From: an uncultured Gammaproteobacteria bacterium
GTDB lineage: Bacteria > Patescibacteriota > Microgenomatia > Levybacterales > GWA1-39-11
Reading direction: 5' to 3'
Assembly (NCBI GenBank): GCA_964409875.1
Contig: CAYPEN010000003.1
Span: 64,557-128,556 of the forward strand
Length of the DNA stretch: 64,000 bases
The notes beneath the pieces were generated by a model. It did no database searches. It had not been told where the DNA came from and worked only from the letters and a program-made list of their open reading frames with translations. The position numbers were made by a program, and so were the translations under genes. Numbering within the stretch: position 1 is the stretch's first letter; the number at the start of each line of letters is the position of its first letter. Below are positions 59,717 to 64,000 of the stretch, piece by piece.

Positions 59717-62053
59717 CTAAGGAAGACAGTTATTTGTGCATTCAACGGAATCCCTTCTCTTAAAAAGATAGAAATTGTTTTTCGTGTCTTGGACAAGTGC
59801 CGTATATTTCACATGTGTAACAGAATTAACGAATGATTTTTTTTCACCGTACAAAACAACATAATCGGCTTTATCCATGGCAAAAGGAACAACATAAATA
59901 TTCTCTCTATGGGAAAGATGGGCCCCAATGTTATTCGAGGCACTCACGGAGGCATTGGGGGGAATTAGCGAAAGGTATCGTGATATCTCAGATGTATTTT
60001 GAGCAACATACGGCCTGTAATCTGCATCCTTCATCGCCGGAATAGGTGAGTAGAAATATGCACTGATAACGGCGGCGAACAAAATATAATAAAAAAGGAT
60101 TTTGTTAAGTTTTATGTGGGAAAATTTACGGCTCAGGTTTTTTATGCCATACATTGTTGAAATATAAACAAAAGGCACGATTATTGCACCATAATGGTAA
60201 TGATAGGAGCGGAGATTTTGATTGCTTGAGAGGAGGCTAATTGCCATATCGGGCAATGTAAAAATAAGATATAAGGGGTTTAATAATGCTAAATATCCGG
60301 TGGGGACTAGAAGCTGATGCAGGTAGGTTAGCGAGGAAAGACTTAACAGGTGACTAATGATAATTTGGGGATGAAGTAAAAGGTTTTTGACAATTCCCTG
60401 CGTTGAGCCTCCTAAATATGAATAGTATGAAAGAGCAAAATGAGTAGTTCCGCGTGCGTTCGGGATAGCCTTTGAAGTAAGGTAGAAAAAAATAAGAGTG
60501 GGGAGAATTGTCAGGATGAGCCCCGGTATGATTTTCTTCTGTTTGACTATAAGGTAGAGACCAAAAATGCTTGCAACGAGAAAGACATTTTCTTTTGTCA
60601 TAACAGAGAGTGCAAGAAAAAGAACGAATAATATATACCGTCTTTTCAATAAAAAGTAAAAGGTGGCCAGCAGAAGTGTGGTGCCGATACTTACCGCATG
60701 AAAGTCAAAAATATTCTGTTCATGTATCCAGAAATTCAGTAAAAATGACAGGGATAATGCCAGTGAGAGTTTATCGTTTTTTAAAATCTCCTTAGATAGC
60801 AGAAATATGACTATTCCACCTAGGGCAAGGGCTAAAGATTGGGTTATCAAAAGCACTTTAGGGTCCGACCAAAGAAAATAGAGAGGTGCAAATAAAACAA
60901 GCAGGATATCGGAATGGTCGGCAAGCCTGGATATTTTTTCAGTGCCGTCAGGATTTGTCAGCATGAAAAAATTTCCTTTCGAAGTGTTCCAAACGGTTTG
61001 GGACATGTTACCTAAGTCAAACCTTCCTGAAAGGTATGCGTCATGTCTTGTAAGAGTGTAGGATGTAAAAAAAATAAAGTAGAGAAGGGATGCGGTAACA
61101 GTTATCAAAATATAAGGATTTATCTTTAGTAACTTTGAGTTGCTTTTCATGTGCCCAATTGCATAGGCAACAAAAAGATATAAAAGCTCGCCTATAACCA
61201 TACCAATACGGGTGAGAATTGCAACAACAGACGCAATCGAAACCGGAAGGAATAATGAAAGACTTCCAACAATGACAAGCTCTCTTATTCCAAGCCCCAT
61301 AGGTGTAATAAATAGCAGATACCCCGCAAGCCAAGAGAGGACAAAAAATGAAAGCATGAAGACTGTATTGGTAGGATAAATGTAGGTGAATGAAAGTGCG
61401 ATAAAAAAACAACCGAGGGCATAGAGTATCCATGCAAGCATAAAGAGGAGAAGACTGTCAAAATATTTGGTGACCGTGTTTCTGAATTTGAGGTAGGAAA
61501 TTCCACATATAAGTGAGAAAAGAGAAGCAAGAACTACGGTGGGGACAAAAAAAGGCACACTATGAAGTTCCCGCGCCTTAAAAAGAGGGTATGTAAGTGC
61601 CGGTACGGATACTATTAATGCAGAAAGGGCAAGCAGAAGTGCTTCGATTCCGATGCCTTTCAGCGTTTCTTTATGGGGAACTTCATCGGAGAGTGCATGC
61701 ATTCTTCCCATGAACGCAAAAACACTTCCAGGTATATATCTTTTAATTTCTGAGAGAGAATACTTCCAAATAGTTTTTCGGGGCGAAAGCTCATACCCCC
61801 TCTTTTTTAATATCTCAAGCCAAATGAGGGATTTAATTCCAAAAAAAGTAGCAAAGAAAATAACACCAATTAAAAAAAGTATGGGGTTAACCGAAAGAAG
61901 TGAGTGAAAAATAAGTGTTCGGTTATCGAAAAATATCTTGAAAATGAAAATGAACGCAAGCACAGTAACAGGAATTCCTAAGAATTTCCTGAGAAGTTGT
62001 TTTGCTCTTTGCATGGGAAAATTAGGACTCGAAGCGTATTGGTGGTTGGTCAT
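59717..62053 (-). CDS. Fusion membrane protein: N-terminal flippase-like (LPG-synthase TM) domain plus C-terminal DUF2079 GT-C-like glycosyltransferase
   Basis: 778 aa with more than 20 predicted TM segments. RFDLGNMSQTVWNT matches the DUF2079 signature region. Confidence 0.6.
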   Translation of the reverse strand: MTNHQYASSPNFPMQRAKQLLRKFLGIPVTVLAFIFIFKIFFDNRTLIFHSLLSVNPILFLIGVIFFATFFGIKSLIWLEILKKRGYELSPRKTIWKYSLSEIKRYIPGSVFAFMGRMHALSDEVPHKETLKGIGIEALLLALSALIVSVPALTYPLFKARELHSVPFFVPTVVLASLFSLICGISYLKFRNTVTKYFDSLLLFMLAWILYALGCFFIALSFTYIYPTNTVFMLSFFVLSWLAGYLLFITPMGLGIRELVIVGSLSLFLPVSIASVVAILTRIGMVIGELLYLFVAYAIGHMKSNSKLLKINPYILITVTASLLYFIFFTSYTLTRHDAYLSGRFDLGNMSQTVWNTSKGNFFMLTNPDGTEKISRLADHSDILLVLFAPLYFLWSDPKVLLITQSLALALGGIVIFLLSKEILKNDKLSLALSLSFLLNFWIHEQNIFDFHAVSIGTTLLLATFYFLLKRRYILFVLFLALSVMTKENVFLVASIFGLYLIVKQKKIIPGLILTILPTLIFFYLTSKAIPNARGTTHFALSYYSYLGGSTQGIVKNLLLHPQIIISHLLSLSSLTYLHQLLVPTGYLALLNPLYLIFTLPDMAISLLSSNQNLRSYHYHYGAIIVPFVYISTMYGIKNLSRKFSHIKLNKILFYYILFAAVISAYFYSPIPAMKDADYRPYVAQNTSEISRYLSLIPPNASVSASNNIGAHLSHRENIYVVPFAMDKADYVVLYGEKKSFVNSVTHVKYTALVQDTKNNFYLFKRRDSVECTNNCLP

Positions 62054-62960
62054 CTTCGGTGTTTCTATTGAAATTGACCATTAAATCGGCTAGTAAACCG
62101 GTAAATATGGTTTGTATCCCGGCAATAACAAAAAGTACCCCGAATATTAAAAGAGGTCTGTTGCCAATAGAATGTCCTAAAAGCTTAATTATTACTAAAT
62201 AAATTAGCATAATGCTTCCTGCCAGAAGCAGCGTTCCTCCCAGTTTTGAGAAAAAATGAAGAGGCCGTCTTGTATATTTCACCAAAAAATACATTGTAAT
62301 AAGGTCAGGAATATCTGTCAGAACTTTTGTCGATTTATATTTTGAAAATCCGTACTTTCGGGGTCGATGCAATATATCAACTTCTTTTACCTTAAAGCCC
62401 ATCTCATGCGCCAAAATCGGGATAAACCGGTGCATGCCACCATAAATTTTGATTTCTTTTGCAAGTTGTTTTTTGTAAAGTTTGAGCCCTGAGTTCATAT
62501 CTTTGAAATTTGTCCCGAATAAGAATGGAATTATCATATTGTTGAAAAATTTTGAGTTTGTTTTTTTGAGGAGTGTATCGCGTCTGTTTTTCCGCCAACC
62601 TGAAACTAAATCATAATCTCCTTCACTTTGGGTTACTATCAAGCGTTCGATGTTTTGAGGGTCGTCCTGTAAATCTGCATCCATCGTTACGATGTATTCG
62701 CCTTGTGCTTTCTGAAATCCAAAAGATAAGGCAACCGATTTGCCCAAATTTTTGCGGAACGAAAAAATTCTGATATTATGATTTTTTCTTGCTAGCTCTT
62801 TGAGGAGGTGCAGGGTGTTGTCCGTAGAACCGTCATCAATAAATAGTATCTCATATTTCTTTCCAAGTTTTGAAAACGCGTCGTGGATTTGGTTTGTTAA
62901 CTCCGGAACGCTTTCTTCTTCGTTGAGAATTGGAATAACGACACTAAATTCAGGTTTCAT
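62022..62960 (-). CDS. GT2 polyprenyl-phosphate sugar synthase (DPM1/ArnC/GtrB-like) with two C-terminal TM helices
   Basis: VVIPILNEE...DDGSTD...DADLQDDP motifs of GT2 dolichyl-phosphate sugar synthases. Confidence 0.85.
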   Translation of the reverse strand: MKPEFSVVIPILNEEESVPELTNQIHDAFSKLGKKYEILFIDDGSTDNTLHLLKELARKNHNIRIFSFRKNLGKSVALSFGFQKAQGEYIVTMDADLQDDPQNIERLIVTQSEGDYDLVSGWRKNRRDTLLKKTNSKFFNNMIIPFLFGTNFKDMNSGLKLYKKQLAKEIKIYGGMHRFIPILAHEMGFKVKEVDILHRPRKYGFSKYKSTKVLTDIPDLITMYFLVKYTRRPLHFFSKLGGTLLLAGSIMLIYLVIIKLLGHSIGNRPLLIFGVLFVIAGIQTIFTGLLADLMVNFNRNTEDDQPPIRFES

Positions 62961-63010
62961 TTATAGCCTCATATAGAGTATATCAAAAATGAGCTTAAAA
63001 ATATATGAAT

Positions 63011-63039
63011 TTGAGTAGAAGCGAGCAATTTGGTAAAAT
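63011..63039 (+). promoter_or_regulatory. Promoter for tRNA-Arg (TTGAGT-17-TAAAAT)
   Basis: Hexamers by eye. Same TTGAGT -35 as the tRNA-Glu promoter. Confidence 0.45.
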
Positions 63040-63067
63040 ATCTAACCTATAGCAATGGTTAGGAGTC

Positions 63068-63139
63068 GCCCCCATAGCTTAACGGATAGAGTACTTGGCT
63101 TCGAACCAAGTGATAGGGGTTCGATTCCTCTTGGGGGCG
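63068..63139 (+). tRNA. tRNA-Arg (TCG)
   Basis: Cloverleaf: acceptor GCCCCCA/TGGGGGC, anticodon loop CTTCGAA. Confidence 0.85.
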
Positions 63140-63171
63140 CAGATAAGTATTAACCTGTGATTAATATTTGG

Positions 63172-63289
63172 AATGGCTAAAAGAGTTTGGTTATAGAATA
63201 ATTGTGAATGGGCGGCTAAACAAGTTTGGCCACCCAATAAGTGTGAATAGGGCGGCTAAACAAGTTTGGCCACCCAATAAGTGTGAGTA
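63172..63289 (+). repeat. Three tandem ~39-nt units (GGGCGGCTAAACAAGTTTGGCCACCCAATAAGTGTGARTA; first unit degenerate), each beginning with the 5' end of the adjacent tRNA-Lys
   Basis: Direct inspection. Units 2 and 3 are identical except for 1 nt. The tRNA-Lys 5' end GGGCGGCTA starts every unit. Confidence 0.85.
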
Positions 63290-63361
63290 GGGCGGCTAGC
63301 TCAATGGTAGAGCAATTCCCTCTTAAGGAATCGGTTCAGGGTTCGAGTCCCTGGCCGCTCA
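63290..63361 (+). tRNA. tRNA-Lys (CTT)
   Basis: Cloverleaf: acceptor GGGCGGC/GCCGCTC, anticodon loop CTCTTAA. Confidence 0.9.
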
Positions 63362-63424
63362 CCCAGCTAAGCTGGGTGGCAGCCCGCTTAGCGAGCTCAC
63401 TGTGATATTATCAATTAATGCACT

Positions 63425-63694
63425 ACGTATACATTCTTTTTTCACAAAAAGATAAACTCCTTATATACTGGTTTTACAAATGATCTTAAATCTCGTTTAA
63501 ACAAGCATCAAAATGGTTATGTGGCAGCTACAAAAAACAGAAGACCTCTTTCTCTAATATATTACGAGGCTTACAGTAATGAAGGTGATGCCAGAAGAAG
63601 AGAAACATACTTAAAAGGAGGTAAGGGAAAATCAGAATTGAAGATTCAGCTTGGTGAGACATTTATTGAAATTGGTTATGCAAAAAGAAGGTAA
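63425..63694 (+). pseudogene. Small GIY-YIG nuclease family protein with ACG where the ATG start is expected
   Basis: Translation gives TYTFFFHKKINSLYTGFTNDLKSRLNKHQNG...RRRETYLKGG, the classic ~90-aa GIY-YIG family. No ATG, GTG or TTG precedes it in frame after the upstream stop. Confidence 0.55.
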
Positions 63695-63792
63695 AACCTA
63701 GCCCCTAAACCCTTTTTCTTTATCCTATTGACCTGGCACTTTATATATGAGTATATTATTAGTATCCACAAAAGTATTTGTGCGGATTTATT

Positions 63793-64000
63793 ATGATAAG
63801 ACAAACGATAGCAACGTTCCTTTTAGGCATTGCAGCACTTTTTGTCGTCTCTTTACTTACTAACACTCCTCAACTTCAACGGTTAGTTTCTCAGTCTTAC
63901 GCTCAGTCATGTACTCCTCCTGCTGCGGCAACCGGAGTGCAAGTTGAATTTCCCGGTTGTAACGGTACGCAATGCGATTTGACTCAGGCTAGCTGTAAAT
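63793..64000 (+). CDS. Hypothetical secreted protein, N-terminal part (runs off window)
   Basis: Starts MIRQTIATFLLGIAALFVVSLL (signal/TM), followed by a Cys-containing region. Confidence 0.4.
   Translation, partial: MIRQTIATFLLGIAALFVVSLLTNTPQLQRLVSQSYAQSCTPPAAATGVQVEFPGCNGTQCDLTQASCK

Overview
The window reads as an AT-rich bacterial chromosome segment with Candidate-Phyla-Radiation/Patescibacteria-like character (inference). Genes are compact and often overlap, tRNAs have no encoded CCA, and several genes are transcribed from canonical sigma70 promoters with little or no 5' leader. Most of the content is housekeeping: an F-type ATP synthase operon (atpBEFHAG), dnaE, gatCAB, the lipid II amidation pair murT/gatD, htpX, lemA, polX, pyrG, rplS, typA/bipA, greA, eno, rsmI, dedA, lexA, uvrB, uvrA, a compact uvrC, secG and seven tRNAs. 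A CsoR-controlled copper-resistance operon (csoR-DUF305-cupredoxin-copA-permease/cupredoxin-copZ) sits next to tRNA-Lys, with a perfect 8-3-8 CsoR-type operator palindrome. Accessory content includes a 7TM protein plus an ATP-grasp (RimK-like)::retropepsin fusion; a sugar-phosphate cluster with a minimal PpsA-like phosphotransferase; a secreted transglutaminase inserted between uvrA and uvrC; a GT2 + flippase::GT-C (DUF2079) membrane glycosylation pair; a 566-aa orphan with an HExxH motif; and two unannotated Cys-rich micro-ORFs. At three or more tRNA loci the gene is flanked by partial copies of its own ends, including tandem units of a tRNA 5' fragment plus a shared ~28-nt spacer. This pattern has not been described as far as I know.
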